A stretch of 64,000 nt of DNA. Origin: Candidatus Nomurabacteria bacterium. GTDB taxonomy: Bacteria > Patescibacteriota > Minisyncoccia > Phycocordibacterales > UBA918. Shown here in pieces: positions 30,388-40,796 of this stretch. The stretch lies in the NCBI GenBank assembly GCA_020632095.1, contig JACKGF010000002.1, forward strand, positions 80,502 through 144,501, given 5' to 3'. The position numbers and the translations under genes are program-made. Position 1 is the stretch's first letter. Every line of letters starts with the position of its first letter. Under the pieces are notes generated by a model. It saw nothing but the letters and a program-made list of their open reading frames with translations, searched no databases and was not told where the DNA came from.

Positions 30388-30704
30388 AGTTATCAGTTTA
30401 AACACCCACAACACAAAACACGTATCCAGTCTGCACGGAGAGAGATTTATCTGAGCATGCCTAGCAGCAACACCCAGAAATGCACACCACTTACGTATTC
30501 TGTGTTATAGGTGCTAGAACATAAAACTCTATCACGAGTCAAGATTGACTCTGATAATCTTGACTGAAGTACTTTATCTCTTTGAAAATTCCAATCAGGT
30601 TGAAATTCTCAAAAGATAGGATGAGTCTGGTAACACAGACTCATCCCCAAAGTTTGATTTTTAATTCTGTTGCCACGTGGGTTATCTCCCGCGCCGAAGC
30701 TTAT

Positions 30705-31053
30705 TCATATGCGTCTGCGCACCCGAGCCAACCACTCGTTGAGGAAGCTCTCTGAGAGTCCTTCCCCGACAAGCTCAATGGTCTCGGGTACTTCTTCGAC
30801 AATAATGCCGACTCTTTTTTGAGTCAGTCGGCCAATATTGCCTCTGAAGTACGGCACCAGATCGAATAAGCGACCTTCGCTTAGTTCGACGAGGATACGG
30901 GCAGGCATTGTCAAATATGCCCAGCCGTTGCCAGGGGTGTAGATGTCCCACCCCTCAGCACGCAACCGTCCAAGGTGTCCCGGGTCTTGCCGAGAATACG
31001 ATTGGACAGCTCCGCCGTCACGACGCTCAGTGTAACGAACAGTAAACTTCATA
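30705..31053 (-). CDS. Hypothetical protein (~115 aa; probable start MKFTVRY with GGAG SD), high-GC islet
   Basis: ORF with SD; GC ~58-60% versus ~42% background. Confidence 0.45.
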
Positions 31054-31232
31054 GCATCTCCTTTATTTACCATGTGATGCAGTCACTTAGGGCAGACTAC
31101 TACTCCGTTAAATATTGAATTCCCATCACAGAACCCATTTAAACTTTCAAATCATTACACTTAAAAACCTCAAATGGATGGGCGAACATTACCAATGTTC
31201 GCCCAAAAAAACCTTGTGACCTTTCGGGCAGG

Positions 31233-31661
31233 TCACTTCTCCTCGGGCGGTGGCCCGAGTCGACGGGTGAGGAGTTCGATTTTCTCGATCTCCTCATAGT
31301 GGGAGAAAGCGAGAATATCTCGCCCTCCCTCATCTTTGCCGGCCACGATGGCCCGCCCGCCCTCGTCGCGCGCAAACTGCGCGCGAATCAAGGCAACACC
31401 CAGCTCGCGCTCGGCGTTCACCAAGCGTGAGAGCACCGGGAACGGTGCCGTCGCTTCGACGGCGACCACCCGGTCGCCGTCGGCCTGCAGGTGCTCAATG
31501 AGCGCCTTGACCGCCCCTACGGGATCTTCCCCGTAGCGGATGTCTTCGGTCACGACGCGCACGTCGTCGCCGAAAACGGCTTTGAGACAAGCCATCCGGT
31601 CAGCATCGACCGGATGACGCGTGATGCGAGCTACGATTTTTTTCTGCATTTTCTTCTCCAA
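31233..31661 (-). CDS. Hypothetical protein (142 aa), high-GC islet
   Basis: ORF; same strand/islet as neighbours. Confidence 0.45.
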   Translation of the reverse strand: MEKKMQKKIVARITRHPVDADRMACLKAVFGDDVRVVTEDIRYGEDPVGAVKALIEHLQADGDRVVAVEATAPFPVLSRLVNAERELGVALIRAQFARDEGGRAIVAGKDEGGRDILAFSHYEEIEKIELLTRRLGPPPEEK

Positions 31662-31816
31662 CCCCAGTTAACCCCGAGGTGCGGGTGTGCAGAAGATTCT
31701 GCGCAATCTATCAACCAACAATCACTTGCAGGCTGAATAGATTGAAGAAGCCAGCGACCAAGCGAGCTTCTTCAATAACCGTGCAGACTTTTACGGAGTC
31801 TGCGAACCGGAGACGT

Positions 31817-32053
31817 CTACCAAGACATCTCGTGATACACTGACCGAGCCTCCTCCTCGGTCAGCATGTAAACAGGCTTGTCCCAAAAGGGACAGCCGTG
31901 GCGTTCGGCCAACAAGTGGCCGAGATTGCGAATTTGATCGCGGGGGTTGGTAGCCCCCGCGATGGTGGCGACGTCGGTGCCGTCGACTTTGACGGTGACT
32001 ACGCCACCGTCAAGCTCGATCGTCAGACCGAGCCGAATAGGCAAATTTTCCAT
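31817..32053 (-). CDS. Hypothetical protein (78 aa), high-GC islet
   Basis: ORF. Confidence 0.4.
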   Translation of the reverse strand: MENLPIRLGLTIELDGGVVTVKVDGTDVATIAGATNPRDQIRNLGHLLAERHGCPFWDKPVYMLTEEEARSVYHEMSW

Positions 32054-33023
32054 TTTTATCTCCTCGCCACGTCATGTGGCACTATGTCCCGACTAGAATA
32101 GTCAGGACGTTTGAATTTTCTTCACCGACACCATGCCAATGAAGACATCTTTAGGCAACTCTCTCTCCGAGTTCCCCATGTGAGCACACCTGATTCGCAA
32201 TATGATTTCATTTATATTTGATAGTGATGTACTCATATAGAGAAGCAACCTCTCTCCAGTTGCTAGCCATGGGGTGGCGGCGGAGCCGCCACCCGTTTCT
32301 ATTTATTGTTACCACTGGTATTTACCCAGCAGTTTTGTGGACAAAGACATTTTTTGGTTTATCTTTGTCCTAATATTCCTTTAGTGGTGTCTGTTTTACC
32401 TAAAATTAGGTTCAACAAAACCGCCACTAAATTTGTTGTCAAAGTCTCTCTCCTCTCTCTCCTACGCCACAATCTATTCGCTTATAGACTTTGTGGGGTT
32501 ACAAGGTGCAAAGGACATTTCTAGATAAAAAACTTGGTTAGAATTTTTTATCCAGCCGATGTCCTTCCGACCAATTGGTCAGAAAATCACGGTTGATACT
32601 GTTTGGTAGCGACTCGAAGTCTCGACCACCAAGGTGATGGGTTTGCGGCCTATCACCAGTATCGTGCAAACGAATCTCAAGTTTGATACAAGTAGTTCCT
32701 TCCGCTCCCTGCTAGCCACACTTTCGGCTGTGGTCACCGTCCAGCTCTCAAATCTGAGGACTGGAGCGAGCTTCTCGGCTTGTATTTATCTCTTTGATTC
32801 CCTGTGAGGTACTCTCTCCGAAATTTGGATTAGAGCGTTGCTCTTTTCTTCTTTCTTAACTGTCTATATCATAACAGAGTTTGGATGTATTGTCAATCAT
32901 ATTGAAACAATACTGTCATGCGCAACCATAGTATTCAGCCATAATTATATACATATTTTCACTATACACACCTTTTTGTCATAAGTTTATTGACAAAATA
33001 AACTTAAGAATTATACTTAGAGC

Positions 33024-33833
33024 ATGGAAAATTATAAAAATCAATTAATAAATTGTGGTCTAACCGAACATCAAGCCACCCTATACGAGCTACTTATAAA
33101 GAGTGGTGGCTTACGCGCTAGTACTATTGTCCGCAAGATTAATAATTCCCTATCGCGACCAATGGTATACGCAGTTTTAAATGAGCTAGTAGATATTGGA
33201 TTAGTAGAAAAAGATGAACTTGCGTCAAAAGTCACCCGCTTTACCCCCGCCCATCCCGCAAAACTTCAAGACTTAGCTGCTGAAAAACGACTAGCGGCAG
33301 ACTCAATGATTGAGGCAGCCGCCTCAGTTATTCCTCGTATGGTCTCTGAATTTAACCTCATTTCAAACAAACCCAGTGTTCGTTTTTTTGAAGGAAAAGA
33401 AGGAGTCAGAGCCGTACTGAATGACTCACTCACCGCAAAAACACCAATCCTCTCCTACACCGATGTGGAAGCGGTTGAAAAAAACTATAAAGATGTTGGT
33501 GATCCGTATCTTAAAGAACGAGCACGTTTAGGCATATTAAAAAAACTCATCGTTGACGACACCCCTTTTGCCAGAAAATTGTATAAAAATAGCGACGAAA
33601 CTCATTCAGAAGTAAGACTAATACCAGTCGATAAAAATCCTCACCAAGTATCCATACAAATTTATGATGATAAAGTCTCCTACTTAACCTTTTCCCCGGG
33701 AAAGGAAGTGGCAGTTATTATTCAAGACGCTGAAATTAGTGCTATGCAACGACATCTATTTGAACAATTATATAATCTTTCCGCTCCACTCTACACACCA
33801 ACTTCAGACAAGTCCGACAATTTCCTAGCTTGA
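33024..33833 (+). CDS. TrmB-family transcriptional regulator (N-terminal winged HTH)
   Basis: LINCGLTEHQATLYELLIKSGGLRASTIVRKINNSLSRPMVYAVLNELVDIGLVEK matches TrmB HTH pattern. Confidence 0.6.
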   Translation: MENYKNQLINCGLTEHQATLYELLIKSGGLRASTIVRKINNSLSRPMVYAVLNELVDIGLVEKDELASKVTRFTPAHPAKLQDLAAEKRLAADSMIEAAASVIPRMVSEFNLISNKPSVRFFEGKEGVRAVLNDSLTAKTPILSYTDVEAVEKNYKDVGDPYLKERARLGILKKLIVDDTPFARKLYKNSDETHSEVRLIPVDKNPHQVSIQIYDDKVSYLTFSPGKEVAVIIQDAEISAMQRHLFEQLYNLSAPLYTPTSDKSDNFLA

Positions 33834-36298
33834 GACTCCTGGCTATTTATCCTTTCTTCAAAAACTCCATAATATTTCTTTGCCGTAGGATCGAATACGA
33901 TTCGCGTCAAAACTTTGTCCTGAGTAAACTGTTCAGCAAAAGGTAGGTCGGCTTGTTTATCAGCGGTAATAATTGTGGCACCGTCAGGTACACCTTGTTG
34001 GCTGACAATTTGTTCAGCATTAATTCCACCCTTACCCCAATAGCCACTACAAAGGGAATCATCGCGTCTAATATTAATAAGTTGGTCAATATCACCCTCT
34101 TGCTTTCCTGGTTCGGTAAAATACCCTTCGGCGATCCAACCGGTTTCTATATACTTGGCTGATATTGGTAAATTGGCATAACATTCGCCTTCCAGCATAT
34201 TATCTACAGCTTCCCTATCAATCGCTTCTTCCAGCATCGCTTCACCAATTCTATATCCTCGAGCATCAGGACTAACATTAAAAGAAGTCACCTCAAGTGC
34301 TCCCTGCACTCTTTTACTTGGTTCAAAAGCCACAAAACTTTGTATCTTCCCCTGCCTCTTAAAAAGATAAAAGCGCGCATCTGGATTTTTAACCCGCTCC
34401 TCAAAGTGAGCCATTATTTCATCGTGAGCGCCCACCCCACTTTGATTGACAGAGTAAATATCTCGCATAGAGGACATGTCTTCATCACTAATATTTAAAC
34501 CATTTAGGATATTAAACTCGCATTGTCCAATATCCTCGAGTGATAACTCCAACCCTCGCTCTTTAAGAGTTTTAAAAGAGTTAAGAAAAATAATAGTTTC
34601 AGTGTTTATTACTTCGATTTCAGACAAGATTTCATCCTGATTTCCATGTTTTAACAACGTGGACCGGACTTGCTCAATCAGTCTAGTATAAATAGCTGAA
34701 ACATCTCCTTGCTCATGCTCCACATTCATTTGCTCGCGAAGATACTTTTGGGTTGTTTCAATCTGTCCTATGAGCTGATATACGGAATCAATAAATTTAT
34801 CTGACTCTGGGTGTTTCAAAAAATGTTGTAGCTGTGATAATTGTAACGCACCATCCTCTGTAGCAAGAAAGATAACGCAAAGTTTTTTACGTTGTTCTAT
34901 ATCGAGAGTGCTCAATTCAGCCAGTAATGAATCGAAATCCTCCTGTTTGCATTTCTCCATGAAATCCAACATAGCCATTTGTTGTCTGGCATTGAGTTCG
35001 GCCAGTGAAAAACCTAAATTCTGTTCCAATGGCACTCTGACCCTCAAGTCCATCAATGAACGATAAGCACTGATTTTACTGTTGCTTACTCCATCACTTT
35101 CTACTCCTTCATTCACAAGCAAGTCTTTTATTGAAACTAAACGGCCTTCACCCTCACTATCTTTGTTTACGACATAAAACGTGTCATCACTTATATACTC
35201 AGCGTAACAATCTTTGGTAAGCTTAGTCCATAAACTCGACTGGTCGTGCTGTATCGGTGAGCTGACGGCTTGTTGTAATTCTGTTGAAATTTTATTCCAC
35301 TCTTGACTAGCATATGCAGGCATGGATATATCTTCGAAGGAAGTGTAATCCCTGTCTGAATTACTCCAAGCATCCACACTTGCTTCGAGCTTAATTTTTT
35401 GAAAAACTGTCCTTGAACGAGGTTCTAATCTGGAATAAATATAATCAATAATGGCGTCATCCGTGCCAGTATCTCTATATGCATGAATTCTTCTATCTAT
35501 TTCATGCGAAGTATCATCAAATTCACCCCAACCAACCTTACCGCTTTCCACAGCCTGAAAAAGTATGTCTGCTACAATCGAAGCAAACTCGGGCTTAATA
35601 TTATTAACATCTAGATAAGTATCTAAATCATCAAAAACTCCAACAGTATTATGTTCGCTGTCATTTTCACCATCAGTATCACCATCGTAATCTTTCTCAA
35701 CTAAAGAACCGCCGCCGATAGCGCTACGAATATCAGCAACAATTTTTGACTGCAACCCCGCAATAACCAGCGGAGATTCATTTCGTATTATTTGATAAAA
35801 ACTTAGCCACTCATTATCTAAAACTTTAATTTCAAAAGCTTCATCAAAATCGCGCCAGTTCCCATTACCCTCATACAGCTTCATGATTAAACGATTTATG
35901 GTTATGTTTTCAAACCTGTCTCCATTCAAACACAAGTCTTCATAAACGACCTTCTCTTCATTTTCACATTCCTCAACAGTATTTTCATAATCTTGGTAAA
36001 TTTGGTAAATACTATCTATAACAACAGCTACAGACTTATCTACTTTACTCTTTATTTCAAACAGATAATCAAACTCACGACCACCTACCATGTCGAGCTC
36101 AGCCAAACCAGTTTCTATTAAAAGATTTTTCACCTCGTCTGAATAATTTGGATGATTTTCAAAAAAAGCGGACTTCTGCGGTATTTTAGGAAGCTTTTGC
36201 TCTATCTGTTTAATCATTTCTAATCGTTCATCTGTCTGAGCTTCCAGTCGCACAATATTTTCTTGATTAGCAATAGGTGTTTCATTCATTGTCACCAT
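33791..36298 (-). CDS. Large acidic hypothetical protein (835 aa) with probable C-terminal GNAT acetyltransferase-like domain
   Basis: GNAT motif-A-like VSPDARGYRIGEAMLEEAI near residue ~690; no signal peptide. Confidence 0.5.
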   Translation of the reverse strand: MVTMNETPIANQENIVRLEAQTDERLEMIKQIEQKLPKIPQKSAFFENHPNYSDEVKNLLIETGLAELDMVGGREFDYLFEIKSKVDKSVAVVIDSIYQIYQDYENTVEECENEEKVVYEDLCLNGDRFENITINRLIMKLYEGNGNWRDFDEAFEIKVLDNEWLSFYQIIRNESPLVIAGLQSKIVADIRSAIGGGSLVEKDYDGDTDGENDSEHNTVGVFDDLDTYLDVNNIKPEFASIVADILFQAVESGKVGWGEFDDTSHEIDRRIHAYRDTGTDDAIIDYIYSRLEPRSRTVFQKIKLEASVDAWSNSDRDYTSFEDISMPAYASQEWNKISTELQQAVSSPIQHDQSSLWTKLTKDCYAEYISDDTFYVVNKDSEGEGRLVSIKDLLVNEGVESDGVSNSKISAYRSLMDLRVRVPLEQNLGFSLAELNARQQMAMLDFMEKCKQEDFDSLLAELSTLDIEQRKKLCVIFLATEDGALQLSQLQHFLKHPESDKFIDSVYQLIGQIETTQKYLREQMNVEHEQGDVSAIYTRLIEQVRSTLLKHGNQDEILSEIEVINTETIIFLNSFKTLKERGLELSLEDIGQCEFNILNGLNISDEDMSSMRDIYSVNQSGVGAHDEIMAHFEERVKNPDARFYLFKRQGKIQSFVAFEPSKRVQGALEVTSFNVSPDARGYRIGEAMLEEAIDREAVDNMLEGECYANLPISAKYIETGWIAEGYFTEPGKQEGDIDQLINIRRDDSLCSGYWGKGGINAEQIVSQQGVPDGATIITADKQADLPFAEQFTQDKVLTRIVFDPTAKKYYGVFEERINSQESQARKLSDLSEVGV

Positions 36299-36424
36299 TC
36301 TAACAAAATATTATGACTCAGTCTCAGGGGTGATCTAATTTTCTTCGATTGCAAGTCAAACAATCCCCCGACAAACACCCGTATAGCCAAAGACCGCACT
36401 GGGGTTTGGTACAATACAGGGTAA

Positions 36425-37120
36425 ATGGAATCAACCTACTTCGCCATTGCGTTTCTTTCTGGCTTAATCCCAGCGCTATTTTGGGTTTGGTTTTGGTTGC
36501 GTGAAGATAGCGATAAACCAGAGCCATACTTCCTAATCGCTATCTCTTTTATCGCAGGCATGGCCGTAGTACCTTTGGCACTACCGCTCCAAAAACTCGC
36601 TGTCGACTTATACTCAGGACCAAATATCACAGTAATTTGGGTAACCATTGAAGAATCCTTAAAATACGCTGCTGCTCTGGCACTTATATTCTGGAATCAA
36701 GAAGTAGACGAGCCAATTGACATGGTGATTTACATGATAGTCATTGCTCTGGGTTTTGCGGCTCTGGAAAATGCTTTATTTATCTTTAATCCACTGGTAA
36801 TGGGTGAATATATTGGTTCACTCTTAACTGGCGGTTTCCGCTTCTTAGGGGCCACCCTACTCCACGTCCTAGCCTCAGGCACCGTTGGAGTCTTCCTAGC
36901 CCTAACTTATTACCGACCTAAAAGCATTCAGGTTCTCTTTGGTACAATTGGGTTGTTCATGGCTATTGTCTTGCATGCTTTATTTAACTTTTTTATAATG
37001 GATGCAAGCGGAGAAACAATCCTGATCGTCTTCCTCTTTGTCTGGATGGGCATCATTCTCCTATTTCTTCTTTTCGAAAAAATTAAACAGCTCGAACATA
37101 AACATAAACTTCAACTATAA
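36425..37120 (+). CDS. PrsW-family intramembrane protease-like protein
   Basis: Multi-TM; EESLKY (EExxK), ALENALF and HALFNFF motifs. Confidence 0.5.
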   Translation: MESTYFAIAFLSGLIPALFWVWFWLREDSDKPEPYFLIAISFIAGMAVVPLALPLQKLAVDLYSGPNITVIWVTIEESLKYAAALALIFWNQEVDEPIDMVIYMIVIALGFAALENALFIFNPLVMGEYIGSLLTGGFRFLGATLLHVLASGTVGVFLALTYYRPKSIQVLFGTIGLFMAIVLHALFNFFIMDASGETILIVFLFVWMGIILLFLLFEKIKQLEHKHKLQL

Positions 37121-37125
37121 TCATT

Positions 37126-37641
37126 ATGAAAAAACCATCATTTTTAGAACGACTAACCGGCGGCGCCCAAGCGGACGACTACGATCGTATTTTGGACGAG
37201 GACCATCAATTCGGTGAAGATGATGATTTGGCTGTTCAAGACGACCCAGAAGAGGAGGAGGTTTGGGAAGATGAAGTTGACACTAGAGGTCCAGCCCAAG
37301 ATGGAGAGCTGCCGGTAGACATGTATCAGACTGACGAATCAATTGTAATTCGTGCTTTGGTTGCTGGAGTAAGCCCAACCGAACTTGAAATATCCATCAC
37401 CAGAGACATGGTAACTATCCGTGGTGTACGCGAAGAATACCAAGAAGCCCACGACGACGGTTACTTCCACCGTGAATTATTCTGGGGTAGCTTCTCCCGC
37501 ACTCTTCTCCTACCAGAAGAAGTAGCTATCGATGAAGCTGAAGCTCAAGAAAAGCACGGTCTACTAGAAATCAAACTCCCTAAACTAGACAAACACCGCA
37601 GTACCCAACTTAAAGTTCGCAGCAACGCTGGGCATAAGTAG
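37126..37641 (+). CDS. Hsp20/alpha-crystallin family small heat-shock protein with acidic N-terminal extension
   Basis: ACD region PVDMYQTDESIVIRALVAGV...GSFSRTLLLPEEV...LLEIKLPK. Confidence 0.75.
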   Translation: MKKPSFLERLTGGAQADDYDRILDEDHQFGEDDDLAVQDDPEEEEVWEDEVDTRGPAQDGELPVDMYQTDESIVIRALVAGVSPTELEISITRDMVTIRGVREEYQEAHDDGYFHRELFWGSFSRTLLLPEEVAIDEAEAQEKHGLLEIKLPKLDKHRSTQLKVRSNAGHK

Positions 37642-37693
37642 CAAATTATAAATAGACTATGCCGGCCCTCACGGGCCGGCATTTTATGAACTC

Positions 37694-37942
37694 CTACTTA
37701 GCAAGAGGGTTGTCCTGAGCTGATACATATACTTGATACGTATCGTACGTCCCGTCTAGTAAAATAATTACCAGGTGGAAAGTTTGTTCACCACCCTGTT
37801 TGTCACCCAAGGAAAAAGTGCGTGATTTATCCCACTCTTGGGGGACACCTTCCACATAACCCATTTGGTTTCCTTCATCATTGAAGGTTTTAAGTCTTAC
37901 GGATTTTCTCATTCTCATGACTTTTTCCTCCTTAAAACACAA
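37694..37942 (-). CDS. Hypothetical small protein (82 aa)
   Basis: ORF only. Confidence 0.3.
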   Translation of the reverse strand: MCFKEEKVMRMRKSVRLKTFNDEGNQMGYVEGVPQEWDKSRTFSLGDKQGGEQTFHLVIILLDGTYDTYQVYVSAQDNPLAK

Positions 37943-38146
37943 AAAAGTACAAATCTTGGACTATACCAAAAACAAATACCTCCTTATATTAAAAAAGAAA
38001 CCACATCAAATACCTATCGAAACAACTCCTATATGCAGAGTATAATTTTAAAATATATTTGTCTACAGTCTAATCTGGAAAAGTAGTTGATTGTTTTGCG
38101 TTCAAGGGCAAACTCATACTGCCGACGAAAAAAGGTTGGTTATTTT

Positions 38147-38728
38147 TTATTTTTCTTGAGACAACTCGTGATTGGCGCTTAAAGAAAGCATGTTGACTAC
38201 CGTCCGAAAAACAATATTGCTAATTACAAGTAGAACATGAGCAGGACTCATAGCGGCCAGTGCAATTCTGGCTGGGAGGGTTTTTAATTTCTCGATATCT
38301 TTGCGCGCACTATTGTCTGCCTTTATGTATGACTGCCAAGCTCTATCCATATCTAAGTCCGGCTTCATATAATCTGCAATTTCGTGTAATTCTCCCCCAT
38401 CTAACCAAAAACCTTGACACACTGAACATTGATCAACCCCCACTTTGCTACCAGCAAAATAATGCTTCGACATAGGTAAATTATCATTGGGACACAACAA
38501 TTTACTCTCTGACCATAAATCTTTTGGCTCGGTGCCGTTATTCTCTGGACTATGCCAATCATTCATAATCTCATCAACCATTGAATACTTAGGTGCATCA
38601 AAATGCCTGGCGAGTTTTATCACCTCCTCTCGATCCAACCACACCCCGTCACACAATGGACAAATATCTACCGTCACGTCTTCCAGTTGCTTGGTAAAGC
38701 AAAGACTTTTATCTTTTGGGCAATACAT
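38147..38728 (-). CDS. Protein with two TFIIB-type zinc-ribbon motifs (CPxCxGxWLD..E)
   Basis: CPLCDGVWLDREEV and CSVCQGFWLDGGEL. Confidence 0.55.
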   Translation of the reverse strand: MYCPKDKSLCFTKQLEDVTVDICPLCDGVWLDREEVIKLARHFDAPKYSMVDEIMNDWHSPENNGTEPKDLWSESKLLCPNDNLPMSKHYFAGSKVGVDQCSVCQGFWLDGGELHEIADYMKPDLDMDRAWQSYIKADNSARKDIEKLKTLPARIALAAMSPAHVLLVISNIVFRTVVNMLSLSANHELSQEK

Positions 38729-38817
38729 GGATATATTTTAGCATTGACGATGGATACACCCAAAACTTAAATACATACACAAAACCAGCGTTGTGGCGCT
38801 GGTTTTGTGTATTATTG

Positions 38818-38891
38818 TGCTCAGAGGCAGACTCGAACTGCCGACACCTGGTTCTTCAGACCAGTGCTCTAACCAACTGAGCTACCTGAGC
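38818..38891 (-). tRNA. tRNA-Phe (anticodon GAA)
   Basis: Minus-strand cloverleaf: gctcagg-ta-gctcagttggttagagc, anticodon arm ctggt-ctgaaga-accag, T-arm ggcag-ttcgagt-ctgcc; preceded by bidirectional terminator 38781-38810. Confidence 0.85.
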
Positions 38892-38963
38892 GTATTTATT
38901 CTTTATTCAGTGGTGCAGGCTATTGTACTGGTTTTTGCTAGAATTTCAATCTATTTTTCCTAG

Positions 38964-39260
38964 TTATACTTCACTGACTACAGCTAAACAAAATTGTTTC
39001 CACCCTGGAATATTTTGTAGCCACATCATACCAGACTCAAGAGCAGATCCATCTGAGGCCATAAAAGGCTCAATTAGATAGTAATATGCAAAAAACGGTA
39101 CCCCAATTAGGATTAGAAACCAAATCACCCTTAATACAAAAGACCAGACATTGACTTTTTGCATCTTTTTCAAGAGTTGGTTATTTTCAGACAGGAGACG
39201 CTGATTTTCTAAAATTAGCTCTTGGAGCGTTTTTTGCTCATTTTCATTATCTTGCAACAT
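38964..39260 (-). CDS. Small membrane protein (98 aa)
   Basis: ORF with coiled-coil N-terminus and TM helices. Confidence 0.4.
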   Translation of the reverse strand: MLQDNENEQKTLQELILENQRLLSENNQLLKKMQKVNVWSFVLRVIWFLILIGVPFFAYYYLIEPFMASDGSALESGMMWLQNIPGWKQFCLAVVSEV

Positions 39261-39322
39261 TGGATTAGTATACCAAATTACAAAACAAATATAGTGATTT
39301 ATGCTATCCTAATGACCAACCA

Positions 39323-39394
39323 GCCCTTATAGTTCAATGGATAGAACAACGCACTCCTAACGCGTAGATCTAGGTTCGATTCCTAGTAAGGGCA
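39323..39394 (+). tRNA. tRNA-Arg (anticodon CCT)
   Basis: Acceptor gccctta/taagggc, D-arm gttc-aatggata-gaac, anticodon loop ctCCTaa (one A-C mismatch closing the stem), T-arm ctagg-ttcgatt-cctag. Confidence 0.8.
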
Positions 39395-39403
39395 CCCAAA
39401 AAA

Positions 39404-40084
39404 ATGAGAATATACGATATAAAATTATCAAGTGGTTTTGTCTGGATACTATCTGGCTTGGCGTTACTGACTTATGGGTTTCTTGGACTCACCCACCACA
39501 ACGTACCTGGAGTTGAAGAATTTTTAACATTTGTAAATAGTGCCAGCAGTTGGCATTTATACACAGCCGTATTTATCGCCATATTTTTTGAAGGACTATA
39601 TTTTATTGGTAGCTTTTTCCCTGGCACATCTTTTGTTCTGCTTATCACTATAATTTCTCAATCTGGAGGCATAACTCATTTTCTGACTACAATTCTTACC
39701 ATCTTTATTGGTTGGTCACTAGCCGGAATCATCAATGTTTTTGGAGCTAAATACTTCTACAAGAAATTCGGTTTCCATAGTGAAATTCTAATTAAACTCG
39801 ATGACCAAGCCACCACTACTTGGTTCCCTACTTTTAGAGCCAATACTGAAGTGGCCTTAATTACAGAAGGACACAAACCGAAAGAGGTGATAATGTCCTC
39901 TCTAAGGGTCAAAATGTACGCTTGTTTGGGTGTAATTATCTATACCCTATTGATTCCTGTTTTTATTGACATCCAACAACTTAAAAACGAGGAGGGCTTC
40001 GGAGCTTTAGGATTAATCGCCCTTATCAGCTTCACTGTCGGTGGTATTAAAATCTATAAATCAAGCAAACAAAAAACCGCCTAG
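39404..40084 (+). CDS. Polytopic membrane protein (226 aa), possibly DedA-like
   Basis: Hydrophobic ORF; weak resemblance only. Confidence 0.4.
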   Translation: MRIYDIKLSSGFVWILSGLALLTYGFLGLTHHNVPGVEEFLTFVNSASSWHLYTAVFIAIFFEGLYFIGSFFPGTSFVLLITIISQSGGITHFLTTILTIFIGWSLAGIINVFGAKYFYKKFGFHSEILIKLDDQATTTWFPTFRANTEVALITEGHKPKEVIMSSLRVKMYACLGVIIYTLLIPVFIDIQQLKNEEGFGALGLIALISFTVGGIKIYKSSKQKTA

Positions 40085-40110
40085 GCGGTTTTTTGTTCAG
40101 ACTTTTAAGC

Positions 40111-40353
40111 TTAAAGCTTTAATAGTTCTTTGAGTTTTGGTTCATCGTAACCAATAATAACATCATCACCAATCTTGATTACTGGTACGCCCATTTGACC
40201 GGTCATATCAATCATTTCTTGACGCTTTTCAGCATCAGAAGCAACATCATGTTCAGTATAGTCGACGTTATTCTCTTTGAAGAATTCCTTAGCAGATTGG
40301 CAAAAATGACAAACTGGGGTGCTGTAAATTGTAACTGTTGTGTCCATATACAA
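40111..40353 (-). CDS. Glutaredoxin-like protein (NrdH/YruB-type)
   Basis: VTIYSTPVCHFCQSAKEFF CxxC thioredoxin fold start, 80 aa. Confidence 0.7.
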   Translation of the reverse strand: MYMDTTVTIYSTPVCHFCQSAKEFFKENNVDYTEHDVASDAEKRQEMIDMTGQMGVPVIKIGDDVIIGYDEPKLKELLKL

Positions 40354-40388
40354 ATCTTAATTGTTGTAATACGCAATAGTATATCAGC

Positions 40389-40796
40389 TTACTGCCAAAA
40401 CTGATACCATTTTTTAGCGACTGGTTCAGTAGTGGTCGAAAGTGGTTGAACTAATGATTCTTCCTTTTCCTTATCTACAATCACCACTACCTGCTCACCT
40501 TCTAGAGCCACATCAAACTGACGACGCATTTCTGCCTCAATACCCCGCTCATTGGAAAGATATTTCACCTGCTCAGATAATTTTTCTTTATGTTCTTCAA
40601 GAGCCTGAACATCCTGCTTGGCTTTCTCGCTTCTTTCAGTCATTTCAACCGCAATCTCATATCTAATATAAGCACTCCAACCAACAAACAAAACCATCAC
40701 CAAAATCACTCCTTGAGTAAATGGTGAATTAATAATTGTTCGTAATTTTCGCTTTTGGTAAAAATCAAACATGATTACCTCTATTTTACCTGACAA
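40389..40796 (-). CDS. Single-TM coiled-coil protein, FtsB/DivIC-like septum formation initiator candidate
   Basis: N-terminal TM then coiled coil; size typical. Confidence 0.4.
   Translation of the reverse strand: MSGKIEVIMFDFYQKRKLRTIINSPFTQGVILVMVLFVGWSAYIRYEIAVEMTERSEKAKQDVQALEEHKEKLSEQVKYLSNERGIEAEMRRQFDVALEGEQVVVIVDKEKEESLVQPLSTTTEPVAKKWYQFWQ

Noticed and set aside
32530-32850. tmRNA / SRP RNA / second RNase P candidate
   Set aside because: Checked both strands for GGAAAGUCCGG, GGUCCGGAAGGAAGCAGC and tRNA-like 3' end with ACCA; only weak partial similarities.
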